DNA of 62,769 bases, counting the filler, from Aduncisulcus paluster (Eukaryota): the NCBI GenBank assembly GCA_024181965.1. It is 6 parts of 6 records of this genome, joined end to end, with 100 filler letters (N's around TTAATTAATTAA, not from the genome) between each part and the next. Parts side by side here need not be neighbours in the genome. Positions count along the whole stretch, not along the records: positions 26,732 to 54,551 come from BQXS01011136.1; 5 more parts are not named here. One strand, written 5' to 3'. The notes beneath the pieces were generated by a model. The model saw only the letters and a list, made by a program, of their open reading frames with translations, ran no database searches and was not told where the DNA came from. The position numbers and the translations under genes are program-made. Positions 32,901-44,397 of the stretch are shown one piece after another (the stretch's first letter is position 1; each line of letters opens with the position of its first letter).

Positions 32901-35900
32901 GAGCGAAGGATCATCAATAACAAGACTGCAAATGCCAGAAATAGACGGATCGGTGTCACTGGTGTTATTTTGGGATACAATGATGGATCTACACTCATAA
33001 CCATAAGCACATCCACCAATGCAACCCGAGAAACTATCAGAGATTGGTGGTTGAGTACATGTAAATGAATCTGCAGTAATATACCCTGAATATGAATCAC
33101 TTGAACAAACAATATACCAATTATTGGAACCAAATGCAGTCTCAGAGCACACTTTGTTCATAGAAAGAGCATCAAAACTTTGGAATTCATCTCCACAAGA
33201 ACACAGGAACTCAGAACTCTGCAGGAAAACAACATCAATCGAATCATTACCAATCTTTGAGGATAAAGTTGCCTGGATATTTGTTCCACAGATCGGATTC
33301 AAGGAAATATCAAGATATTTTAAAGACTTAGACATTTTATAAAGAGGAGAAGGATCGAAGATCATATTATCACGAATGCTAACAACTTCAATATCTGACA
33401 AATTTCTTAATTCGAACACACTTCTCCATCCATTTCCATCAGCATATAATTCTGTCAAGGAAATATTAGTGGCTATAAATGAAGGATCAGGGAGCATTGT
33501 ATAATTGATACTCAAAATACTTAAGTTTAAAAATAAATCAAATGAAACTGGTGAACTGAGATCACAATAATCCATATAGACCTCGGAAAGAGTAGATATC
33601 TCGGATAATAATGGTTCTAACGTTGTTATACTCGTATATGACACATCCAAGACACGAAGAGTAGCATTATCATGAGTGAACATTGGTAATTGTAAAGCAT
33701 TATGCCATCCAGAGATGTTCAAAGTCTCTAACACACTCAGCGAGGAGAAATCGAGAAGATTTAAGTCATAATCAGATCCTAAAGATGTAGAAACGTCCAA
33801 ATATTCAAGCCAAGTCAAGGCAGCGAGGGAATTGACTGAGGAATCCAGAGTACACTCAGACAAATCAAGATATGAAAGATTAAACAGGTAAGATAACAGT
33901 GAAACATCAGACAGAGCACTATTCCCACTCAAGTCAACCAGGGAAGCATGGATAACATGTTCAATTCCACTCAGATCACTAAAATCTTGGACATTCGTAA
34001 AAATAATATTGGTGTCAGATCCATCATGGCCTAAATATTTCAAAGAAGCAACACTGAATACATTGTCAGACAGTTTATCCTCCTCAGATATCATCAGTCC
34101 AATATTTTCACGCAAACGGGGGTCAACGATCACCGAATCACAATATCCCATATAAATATCAGAGCCCATTCGACATTCTTCGCCAAACGAACACCCGCCA
34201 GAACAGTTGGAAACTTCTGAGAGAGGCCGTACACAGGTGAAAGAGGAAGACTTTCCATAATTTGTGTATGAATCACTGGCACAAACAGGTAACCAATGGT
34301 CAGATCCTAGTATTGTCTCAACACAAACAACATTGTCACCAAAAAGGAAATCAGAATCGGAACAAGGACACTGGAAATCAGTCTTAGGAACAAATATCAC
34401 TTCAGAATCGGTATTAAATTGCTGAGACATATAATCTTGAACATCATTCCCACAGATTGGATTGTAGCTAATATCGAGATATTGCAAACCATTGAGGATA
34501 TATAGTGGTGAAGGATCAGAGATGAGATTGTATGATATATCAAGAGTATAAAGTGTATTTAAATCTTTAAGATCATACACAGAGGCCCATTGATTATTCG
34601 TGGCAATTAGAATACTCAAACTAAGACCGGTAACATGCATTGTTGAGAGACCAGTGGAACTGATATCAAGAGATTCGAGAAGAGGAAAAGAGAGGAGCGT
34701 GGATTCATGGATATCGTAGATAGAACAAGAAGAAACAGAAATAGAAGTCAAATTATGGAGAGCGGTGACATTTTTAACGAAACCAAAAGAATCAATACAA
34801 GTCGACGAAAGATTGATTTCTGTTAGATTCGTCAGATATCTCAATGGGGAAATATCCTCAACCATGGAACACCCAGCAAGGGAGAGACTTTCAAGTTGAA
34901 TTGCATGCTGAAGACCATTCAGGTCAGACAGAGAGGAATCTAGGAAGGAGAATACAGATTCCGCACTAATTGATCGCAAAGAAGCAATACTGAGCATCTC
35001 TCCGTTTCGATCTGTTGTTTTTATCAGTCCAGCCAAGTACTGTCGTAATAAAGTATCATGCACAACGATATCACAACCAAAGGAAGATGATTCAGGATCA
35101 ACGTTGCATTCATACCCATATTGACAACCTCCAACACACCCAGATGTACTCGCGATATCCTCATTGGAAACAGAACACAAAAACTCATCAGCCGAGAGAT
35201 ATAACATGACACTTCGGCTTGAACACACAGGATACCATTCGTTGGAGAGAGATATCGTCTCAACACACACTAGTTCAGATCCCAAAGCATCTATATTATC
35301 TAAACTAGGACAATGACATGTATTATTGGTCGAGATGATAGAAATATCCTCCGATTCAAACAGTGTGGACAGACTGTCGAATGTTCCACAAATAGAATTA
35401 TGAGAAAGGTCAAGTTCTTGGATGTGAGCTAAAGAAAGGATTGGAGAAGGATCAGAGATATTATTTCCACTCAAATCAACAATGGAAAGGAAAGGAAGCC
35501 GAGCCAATTCGTGAAGATATGTCAATTCAATTCCCTTAGCTTCAAGAGAAACTAAAGAATCTGAGACACAAGATAATGGAGAAAGATCTCGAATAGATGT
35601 ATTTGAAATCGAAATATGTTCTAAAAATAGATTATTTGAGAATATTGGTAATTCAGATACTCCAATCAATCCAGATATATCAAGATATTCCAACCTGGAG
35701 AGTGATTCGAGCACAGAAATATCCGTGACAATCTCATTGGACAAACCAGCAGAAATATCAAGATATATCAGTGACAATAACCCAGATATGGAAGTAATCG
35801 AAGAATCAAGGTTATTATTAGCACCAATATCAAGGTGAGAGAGGTTGAACAGAGTTGCGAGTATTGACACATCAGAGAAGGCATTTCCATTCAAATTAAG

Positions 35901-38900
35901 TCGAGTTAATGCTCCGATATGCTCAATTCCTGATATAGAAGTAACATTGGCTTCAATACACTCCAAAATTAACTCATTTGTCAAAGAATCTACCTGTAAC
36001 GATCTTAAAGAAGCAACACTATAAATATCAGCGCTAAAAATATCCTCAGAATCTGAATCAAATAAGAGAGCCACACACGAATGCAAACTAGAATCTGGAA
36101 TAACATCAACACACGAAGCACTGTCATCGTTGACATTCCTACGACATTCTTCACCATATGCACACCCTCCAACACATGATATCGAGGCGTTGTTATGGGA
36201 AATACACTTAAATTGCTCCAATGAGGTATATTCAGTGTAACTATGACTTGAACATACCGAAAACCAATTGTTGGACCCATGCATAGTCTCAACACACACG
36301 ATATTGTCTGAAATATCAACCATATTAGAATCCACTGAAGAATCATTGCAAGGACATTCCCAAAGAATAGGTTCAGAGAATAGCACAGTACAACTCATAG
36401 AATCATTCATATTGGCAGCAACGATCGAACCAACATCTTCTCCACAAATTGGATTATCTCTCAGGTCAAAAAAAATGATATCCATTCCGAATAAAGGCGT
36501 GGGATCTGAGATATTGTTGGATTGCACTGAGAGATATGATAACTCTGAGAGATAGCTTATGTCATGAAGGCTATACCACTCATTATTGTCAGCAAACAAC
36601 TCCACCAGATTAGAACAATGTGACACCGATTCAGGGGGGAGCATTGTTCTATTCATAGATAATACCTCAAGATTCTCAAATGAGTCCAAAATAGAATCGC
36701 TTGATTCAAAGGAACATGAATCAATGACTAATACAAGAATATTAGATGCTTGATTAATCACTGATTCTAAGTTAGATATTCCTGTTCTTGCTATATTTAG
36801 ACTCGTGAGAAACTCGAACGATGGCAATTTATCAACATTTGCAAATCCAGCTATTGATAACGACGTGAGCGATGATAATTGATTAAAGCTAGTCAAACAC
36901 TGAGAATTTATAGAAAGGTTAACATTATCGACTCCAATATCCAGATATTGAAGATTAGAAAGAGATGCCACCAGTGCAATGGATTCATTCAAGGGGTTAT
37001 TGGACAAATCAAGAGATGTGACACCAATAATGTGTTCAATTCCAGTAATATCCGAGACATTTGAATTTGAATAGTCGATTTCAAGACCAGAATCAGATGG
37101 AATGTTGTGAAGAGAAGCAATTGAAAATGCTCCATCATTTCTTATGTCATCAGAATCAACATAATTAATCCCAATAAAGTTCAAAAAATCCTCATCTTGA
37201 ATTATTCGCGTACATATAGGAACAAAGTCATAAGATCGACACTGATATCCATACGAACAACCACCATCACAGGGAATCTCGTCATTACATACAAAAACAT
37301 CACTTGACTCATAGATCATAACAGAATTACTTGAACAAACAGGAATCCATGAAGCAGATTGTGGAGCAGCTTGGAAACAGACAATATTTGCAGAAAGAGG
37401 AGCACCAGTTAAGAGGGAGTCACACATGCAAGACTGATTCCCAAAATAGAGCTCAAAATCATCCCCTTGATCGGAATAAGCAACAAACTTGGACAGATAG
37501 ATAAGATCAGAGGAAGAATCATCTCCTTTACAGATAAAATTGTCAGAGATATCGAGGAATTCAAGATTAGGAAGGTAAAATAGTGGTGAAGCATCCCATA
37601 TTCTATTTTTAGAAAGATCTATTTCGGAGACCGAAGGAGGAATATTACTAATGATTGAAATGTCACAATTAATCAGTCTAAGAATTTCAATAAAAGTCGA
37701 CATAGAATCAGGAATCTCTGAAATAGCACTAAAATTAGCAAATTCTAAGGTCTGAAGCAGTGGAAAAGATGAAATAATTGATGAAAATTCGTCATTTCCT
37801 ATCATTTCTGACTCCCCATGCACTGTTGAAATTGATAAAAATGTCAAATTAACCAGATTCTTTAAAAACCCTAAATTTTCGAACACTCCACTTTCTATTN
37901 NNNNNNNNNNNNNNNNNNNGGTGAAGCATCCCATATTCTATTTTTAGAAAGATCTATTTCGGAGACCGAAGGAGGAATATTACTAATGATTGAAATGTCA
38001 CAATTAATCAGTCTAAGAATTTCAATAAAAGTCGACATAGAATCAGGAATCTCTGAAATAGCACTAAAATTAGCAAATTCTAAGGTCTGAAGCAGTGGAA
38101 AAGATGAAATAATTGATGAAAATTCGTCATTTCCTATCATTTCTGACTCCCCATGCACTGTTGAAATTGATAAAAATGTCAAATTAACCAGATTCTTTAA
38201 AAACCCTAAATTTTCGAACACTCCACTTTCTATTTCAAGGCCGATCAGATTATTCATAGAAGATATCGGTGTAAAATCTGATATCATTGAGCCATTTATA
38301 TTCAATATTGATAGATTGATGGCATTATCCAACCCCCGTAAAGATGACACACTTCCAAGAGAAATATCATTGACATACAACGCCTGGTCATCTATTAAGA
38401 ATACAGATGCAACAGAGAACAGCTCAATTGATTCTCTATTCGTAGGTTGAATAATATCGCCGATGCTATATCGTAACACAGGATCCTCAATCACAAGCGA
38501 ACACACAGGCTGAAGCGATACATCTGTTTGTTGTCTACACTGATATCCATACTCACATCCACCATCACATGGATCCAAATCAGAGCATGTGAATGTGTCG
38601 TCAACAAGAGAAAAAGTAATGACGCTGTTGGAGGCACAAACAGTTATCCAAAGGGTTGATATTTGTAAAATAGCAGGTCCACAGACCAAATTATCTGAAA
38701 AGACATCCATTTCACTCATATTTGAACACATACAAGTCTGATCATTGAATAAGAGAATAGGGACCGATATAAATTTAGATATAAGCTCCTCTTCACTTTC
38801 ACTCCCTGAACAAACATAGTTATTAGAAATATCAAGATATGTAAGAGCTTCCAAGTAGAATAATGGAGAACAATCCCAGATAAAATTGTTGGATAGATCG

Positions 38901-40042
38901 AGATATTCAATATCAGGAAAATCCATGTCCAGATCCCAAATATCACATCCACTCGCATGCAATTCAATAATGTTGGACAACTCTAAGGAATTGACGAGAA
39001 TACTTGTGTTATCAATGTTCATCATCGAAAGCCAAGACATCTCATTCAACTCGGAAGCATCCTCCAAGAGTGGGTTATCAGACAAATTAACACCAAATAT
39101 ACCCGTAAATTGTGAAATACCAGTGATATTCGTGAGATTGTTCCCACTTAAATCAAGGATACCTTCATACTCAGTGACAGATGACTCCTGCAAATCACAT
39201 GATTCACCAAGATCAAGAGCAGAACATATAGCTTGATAAAATTCCTCATCTTCGAAATATATTGAACATATGTTCCCATAAAATCCACTAGAACAGGAAC
39301 AAACAAACCCAGAAGCACCATCTGAGACACACTGGCCTTGATTATCCATACAGCCCGAACATTGGTCAGGATACTCACATATTCCATCAATAACAACAGA
39401 TTCACTGGCATTTGGACATTCACTAAGGCAAGTATCATTGTAACCACAAACATAACCATCAGAACAATCAGAGCAGATGGGGAAACATCGTTCAGAAGAA
39501 TTACTCTCAAAGGAATATCCACTTGGACATACATATACAGAATAATAAAACGTAACTTCGGTCCATTTTCCATAGATATGTGCAGTAATAAGCGCATCTT
39601 GGTAAATTTCAAAATTAAGGGTCATTTTCCCCAAAAGAGTCCTTGCAACTGTATAATTAGAAAGTTGGTATTCTTCTTCGACACATTCATCAGTTTCTGT
39701 CATCGGAAGTGTTGTGTTAGCAAGGGCAACAGTATCATCAGCCCAAGCAAGAGCCATATTTAAATGAGCAAAAGCAATATTATAATCGTGATCACAATAT
39801 CGTGTTTTAACAGTTGAATGGGCAATTCCAGCAAGATGATATGTAGGAAGCGCACCGTCGATATCAATAGAATAAGAGGCTTCAATTTCACCAATACTAT
39901 GCCAATCGGCATCATATGTAACTCTTATAGTGTTTGATTGATCAGAAATAGAAGAATAAATGGGATTGTAAACGACATAGGCAAAAGAAGAGGATGGGAA
40001 AGTCCATAACGTCAGGATAAGAAATAATGACACAGTGGACAT
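29905..40042 (-). CDS. Giant secreted LRR/Cys-rich super-repeat protein with EGF-like domains (~3,160 aa once gap duplications are collapsed)
   Basis: Three ORF pieces join in frame after removing 335-nt and 320-nt gap duplications. Signal peptide MSTVSLFLILTLWTFPSSSFA; internalin-like LRR blocks (L..LDIS.N.I.D.SPL); seven GGCx[YF]GxxC modules; EGF-like repeats near both ends. Confidence 0.9.
30147..30766. repeat. Assembly artefact: 300-bp duplicated overlap around 20-N gap
   Basis: 30147-30446 matches 30467-30766. Confidence 0.95.
37585..38234. repeat. Assembly artefact: 315-bp duplicated overlap around 20-N gap
   Basis: 37585-37899 matches 37920-38234. Confidence 0.95.
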
Positions 40043-40229
40043 TAAAAAAGTTGCTGAAAATGGAAAATAATTCTTGATATTCCCCATAAGATGATATGAA
40101 ATCATCTTATCAACGCCAAAAAGCAAAATCCAAAACATCAAATCAAAAAAAAAAAAAAGAAATCTTCATAATGATGATGAAATGATTGGTCCAATATTTA
40201 TTTGAAGTACAATTTGAGCTAATATCTGA

Positions 40230-42869
40230 TTATTTATATCTATTTTTTCTAAAACGAGCCGATCCAGGACTCTTTGGTGAAGTAACCTTCTGTTTTTTCT
40301 TTCGCTCTTCTTCTTCTGCGATATCCCATAAAGTCCGCTTTTTCTCATCCATTGGTCTTGCCATATTCCCTATTGTAGCCAATGATCCCATTTGCCGTGG
40401 AGATCTCTTTATATAGTGGACGGAATGTGGAGATAGTGGTTTTGTCCGAGGCTGTGAAGGAGGCTTTGGATTAAACACCTGAGGCGAACGATGGATCGAT
40501 CTATCACTGTCTGAAGAGCGTGGTGGACTTGGTATGATTGATTTTTGCTTTTTAAGAAGCATTTCTCTCGGTGAGAGAGGACCTCGGGATCTTTCTGAGG
40601 TTGAAGGTCGAATGGGATTCTCTGAGAGACCTATATCAAACCTCTGCATTGGGACATCATTGCCATGTTCATTTAATTTCTCTATATTATCATGAACAAT
40701 AGATGTCGATTCTTTATCTTTTTCTTCTTCTTGTTTCTTTTCTTCCTCCTTTCCCTCTTCCTCTTCCTCTTCCTCTTCCTCTTCCTCTTCCTCTTCCCAA
40801 TCATCAAAGGAGAATTCGTGGTCTTCGCTCTCGTTAACGGTAGCACCATCAGTATTGGAGGGTTCAGCAAACACAGTCTGCGCAAGGGTACTCCTTTTCA
40901 CGGGAGTGGATGTATGGCTGGGTATCTGGCTCGAGATACCCGTGTTTTTCGGCTGTGAGACGTCTTTCAATGGCTTGGAGTGCTCAGATTCACCTGAAAT
41001 AGGGCGTGATTCGAGTTGCAATTGATCATCATCCTCGCTCTCTGTTAATTCAGAAAGGGAAGGACGTCCAAGCCAATCGGGAACTTTTCCATATGGATCT
41101 GAAGAAACGAAAGAGTGAGAATGTCGAATTCCGGCATTCCCTGATGTTGCCCCTGGAGGTGGAGATGCCGATTGTGCGAATTGCGATGGTCGATGTGTTG
41201 TATTTTGAGTTGTTAAGACAGGAGATCCGCTGAGACCCGTGAGGCTTGTTTTGGATGAGAAAGGATCGAAAATCTCTGGTGAATTAGAATATGACTCTGA
41301 TCGAAGCATGTCTTTCCGATTTAAGGGTGGAGAATGTCCATCGCGCTGAACTATATACATTTCTTTATGATCTCCGTGAGAGAAATGAGAGTCCTGGGGA
41401 TTCATTGATGGCATCACGTTGGTAACAGGACTTAAAGCTGGTGAAGACACGAATAGACTACCAAATTGAGCCTCGAGGGTTGAATTCTTCTTTTGCTTCT
41501 GTTTTGGCTTCTTCCCTTTCCTCTTTTTCATATCCCTATTGGCCTCTACAGCAGCCTTCTTCATCCTCACAATTCTGGCATCCCTACGGACGTGATCCTT
41601 CCTAATCTCTGACACATCCCTCCTCGGACAACTCTTCTTCTGGTGAAGGGTCGGAGGATCCACATAGGGCTCAGCAGTGGATACATACACAGGTTTGGAT
41701 GCTTCCTGAGCCTTTGAGGGTGGTTTGAACGGAGAAGATTGGATACTAGACATGCGAGCAATACCGCCACTCTCAAACATGAACAGAGCACTCCTGCCTT
41801 GGTCCATAGAATCTAAAAGGAGGGGGTCCGAGGAACCACGTGTGAGAATACCCTCAGAATGTGGTCTTACTTCCCACTGACGTGCACGCGGACTACGGCC
41901 AATTCGCATGATGATGCCTTCATCAATTGAAGCTGGGACAATCCCATCAGAGGTGTGTGATCGATTGGCTGGCGAAAATCTTGGATCCATATCATAATCC
42001 GGCATTTCGCCATCTTGTTCATCCAAAAATGCAGCGAATGTTCTTGAAACGGAATGAATATCAGGTTTTGAAGAATTAGCAAAGGGAGAAGGGTTAATCG
42101 ATCCACTATCAAGCAATACTTGGCGATCAGTGAACATGGCAGAAATTTCTTTCTTTCTTACCATCGCTTTGAGTTGTTTCTGTGCATTTTTAAGCTGCAC
42201 CGGGGAGGGTTCAGGAGATGAAAAGGGGGGAACTTCCACATCATAAACGTGTGCAGGAATCCCATGATGCGATGCAGACATCATTGAGACCGGTTTTCGT
42301 GATCCTGAAGATTGAGAATAAGAACTTGAAGAGGAAGAAGGTCTTGAAACATTATGATAACGAGGAGATTGTTGCATCATGTCAAGAAGATCTCTCTGAG
42401 ACAATCCTGCTATTTTATGTCTTTTTTTCGCATTGACCATTCGGGATTGCCGCGAAATGGTTCGAGTTACTGATGATTTAGAGGTATGAAATAATCCAGC
42501 TGATTTCGCTCTTCTAACAGGCCTACGCATATTTTCGGAACGATTTATCCGCGTCAAAACGGTTTTAATTTCCGGGTTTGCCATAATAGCCCCCTCAATA
42601 AGTGGAAGATGTCGATATTCTTGCTTTATCTTTGAAATATCTTTCCTACGAACATCACAGCGTAATTCTACCGGTCTAACATCTTCTTCCTCACGAACAT
42701 AAAAGCTTTTTTGTTGTTTATATATGTCAGAGGTTCGTTTTCTATAAATTGTGGCACTTTTTGAGCGTTTTGCATTTCTAACTCCCACATAATTAAATAA
42801 CACCGATTTTGGACCTTGAATATGTTTTTTCTGGCTATAACAACCATATTTATATGTTTGGGGCTGCAT
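40230..42869 (-). CDS. Large disordered Ser/Pro/Arg-rich hypothetical protein with poly-Glu tract
   Basis: Long ORF; the first ATG (MQPQTYKY) is at 42869. No family motif recognised. Confidence 0.8.
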   Translation of the reverse strand: MQPQTYKYGCYSQKKHIQGPKSVLFNYVGVRNAKRSKSATIYRKRTSDIYKQQKSFYVREEEDVRPVELRCDVRRKDISKIKQEYRHLPLIEGAIMANPEIKTVLTRINRSENMRRPVRRAKSAGLFHTSKSSVTRTISRQSRMVNAKKRHKIAGLSQRDLLDMMQQSPRYHNVSRPSSSSSSYSQSSGSRKPVSMMSASHHGIPAHVYDVEVPPFSSPEPSPVQLKNAQKQLKAMVRKKEISAMFTDRQVLLDSGSINPSPFANSSKPDIHSVSRTFAAFLDEQDGEMPDYDMDPRFSPANRSHTSDGIVPASIDEGIIMRIGRSPRARQWEVRPHSEGILTRGSSDPLLLDSMDQGRSALFMFESGGIARMSSIQSSPFKPPSKAQEASKPVYVSTAEPYVDPPTLHQKKSCPRRDVSEIRKDHVRRDARIVRMKKAAVEANRDMKKRKGKKPKQKQKKNSTLEAQFGSLFVSSPALSPVTNVMPSMNPQDSHFSHGDHKEMYIVQRDGHSPPLNRKDMLRSESYSNSPEIFDPFSSKTSLTGLSGSPVLTTQNTTHRPSQFAQSASPPPGATSGNAGIRHSHSFVSSDPYGKVPDWLGRPSLSELTESEDDDQLQLESRPISGESEHSKPLKDVSQPKNTGISSQIPSHTSTPVKRSTLAQTVFAEPSNTDGATVNESEDHEFSFDDWEEEEEEEEEEEEEEGKEEEKKQEEEKDKESTSIVHDNIEKLNEHGNDVPMQRFDIGLSENPIRPSTSERSRGPLSPREMLLKKQKSIIPSPPRSSDSDRSIHRSPQVFNPKPPSQPRTKPLSPHSVHYIKRSPRQMGSLATIGNMARPMDEKKRTLWDIAEEEERKKKQKVTSPKSPGSARFRKNRYK

Positions 42870-43007
42870 AAATATATCTATATCCAGCTCAAATTTGAAG
42901 ATAGAAAAATAACCGATAATATGACCGAAAAATATGGGAAACAATATTAAAATTTTTGATTTTATTAAGTATTTCACCAATATATAAATTTATCTAATGT
43001 AGATTCA

Positions 43008-44174
43008 TTACTTTCCAAATTTCTGTCGCCTCTTCCCACCAATAGCGGTGCTTGCTCTTATTACTTCCTTTTTAACTTCACTTTCATCAACTCCCCGTGG
43101 GGTTGACAGTTGTCTTGGACCTGATACCTGTGATGTTGATGGCCTTTCATGCCTCAACTGAAGTAGAAGAGCCTTATCTGTTCCTGATGGTGTCAAAGCC
43201 AAAATCCACTCCTTTGTAATCAAAGGGGCCTTGAACTTCGTATATTCACACTGCCAGAACATTGTTCCAAAGTTCAGAGAGAAGAGACGGACATAATCTG
43301 AGAAAGATCTTGCGATGAAGTGCCAATCATTCGAAAGATCTTGAAACCATACTTGTGGTTGCGTATGATGTTTGTCTGATGTGTGAGCTGTGAGAGGAGG
43401 CAACGTAGTTGAGTGAAGGGAGAGGAGAGAGTGTTGTTCATGCTGAAGGCTCTTCTTCACATAAAGAAGGGCCATACGCCCACATGAGCACTTATCATCG
43501 ATGCAGAAACATCCATATCTCTCAGCATTAGACTTAACATCGGAATATGATAGGAACAAAGAAGAATCATCAAGAGGGAGAGCAGAAAGAGCAGTGGTCG
43601 GGCGAGACGATGCAGAGGATGAGGGAGTAGATGCCCCAGAAATTAACGGCTTGCGCTTTTCAGTTGAAGAACTTCTTTTTTTTGAACTTGATGAACTTCG
43701 AGATTTCTTTTGACTATTACTTCGGCTTGAACTTGATGACTGAATTAATTCACTCTCTGTATCACTTTTCAATGGGCGTTTTTCTTCCGAATCTTCTTTT
43801 TCCTTCCTCTTGCGAATTGATTCCGAGTCGTCAAAAGACAAATTACAGGGCGCAATAATGGACGAGTCTGATCTCTCTGAATGAGACGAAAATGGGAAAA
43901 TTGGTTTGATTTCTTCAAGGGGATTAATATGAATCTGCCCTGAATGAGTCTTATGTTGAAACCTCTCTCCTTTTCCACTCCATTGAATATCTACTCCGTT
44001 AGACATTTGGAGAAATGCAATAATATCTCCAGGAAGCTTAAATGGAGTGTATTTTTTATGCCAATTTGTCACTTCTACTGATTCAATCGGACTATTCTCT
44101 TTTGCATCGACAGTACATACATATGGGTGACTTGTAAGAAAACCATATATTTTTTTGAGGCTAGAAATGGACAT
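43008..44174 (-). CDS. TPGS2: Tubulin polyglutamylase complex subunit 2 (SMI1/KNR4-like)
   Basis: KLPGDIIAF...NG..IQW, G.IHIN.L, GRMALLY and PQVWFQDLSNDWHFIARSFSDYVRL...G...WQ; Ser-rich insertion. Confidence 0.85.
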   Translation of the reverse strand: MSISSLKKIYGFLTSHPYVCTVDAKENSPIESVEVTNWHKKYTPFKLPGDIIAFLQMSNGVDIQWSGKGERFQHKTHSGQIHINPLEEIKPIFPFSSHSERSDSSIIAPCNLSFDDSESIRKRKEKEDSEEKRPLKSDTESELIQSSSSSRSNSQKKSRSSSSSKKRSSSTEKRKPLISGASTPSSSASSRPTTALSALPLDDSSLFLSYSDVKSNAERYGCFCIDDKCSCGRMALLYVKKSLQHEQHSLLSLHSTTLPPLTAHTSDKHHTQPQVWFQDLSNDWHFIARSFSDYVRLFSLNFGTMFWQCEYTKFKAPLITKEWILALTPSGTDKALLLQLRHERPSTSQVSGPRQLSTPRGVDESEVKKEVIRASTAIGGKRRQKFGK

Positions 44175-44397
44175 TTATAATATTACGTAACTATAAAGAT
44201 TTTTATGTATTATTGCATTATTTTCAGAGAGGAAAACGCCGATTTTCTTTCATCGGATGTATAAAGCATAAATTTAATTGCGGATAACATTTTTATGCAT
44301 ATCAGATTCTCTATTTTAGAATAAAGAATTGATATATGAATAATTTACAAGGCTTGAAAAGTGGAAAAATAAATTGCATTAAATCTATGTTTGGGTC

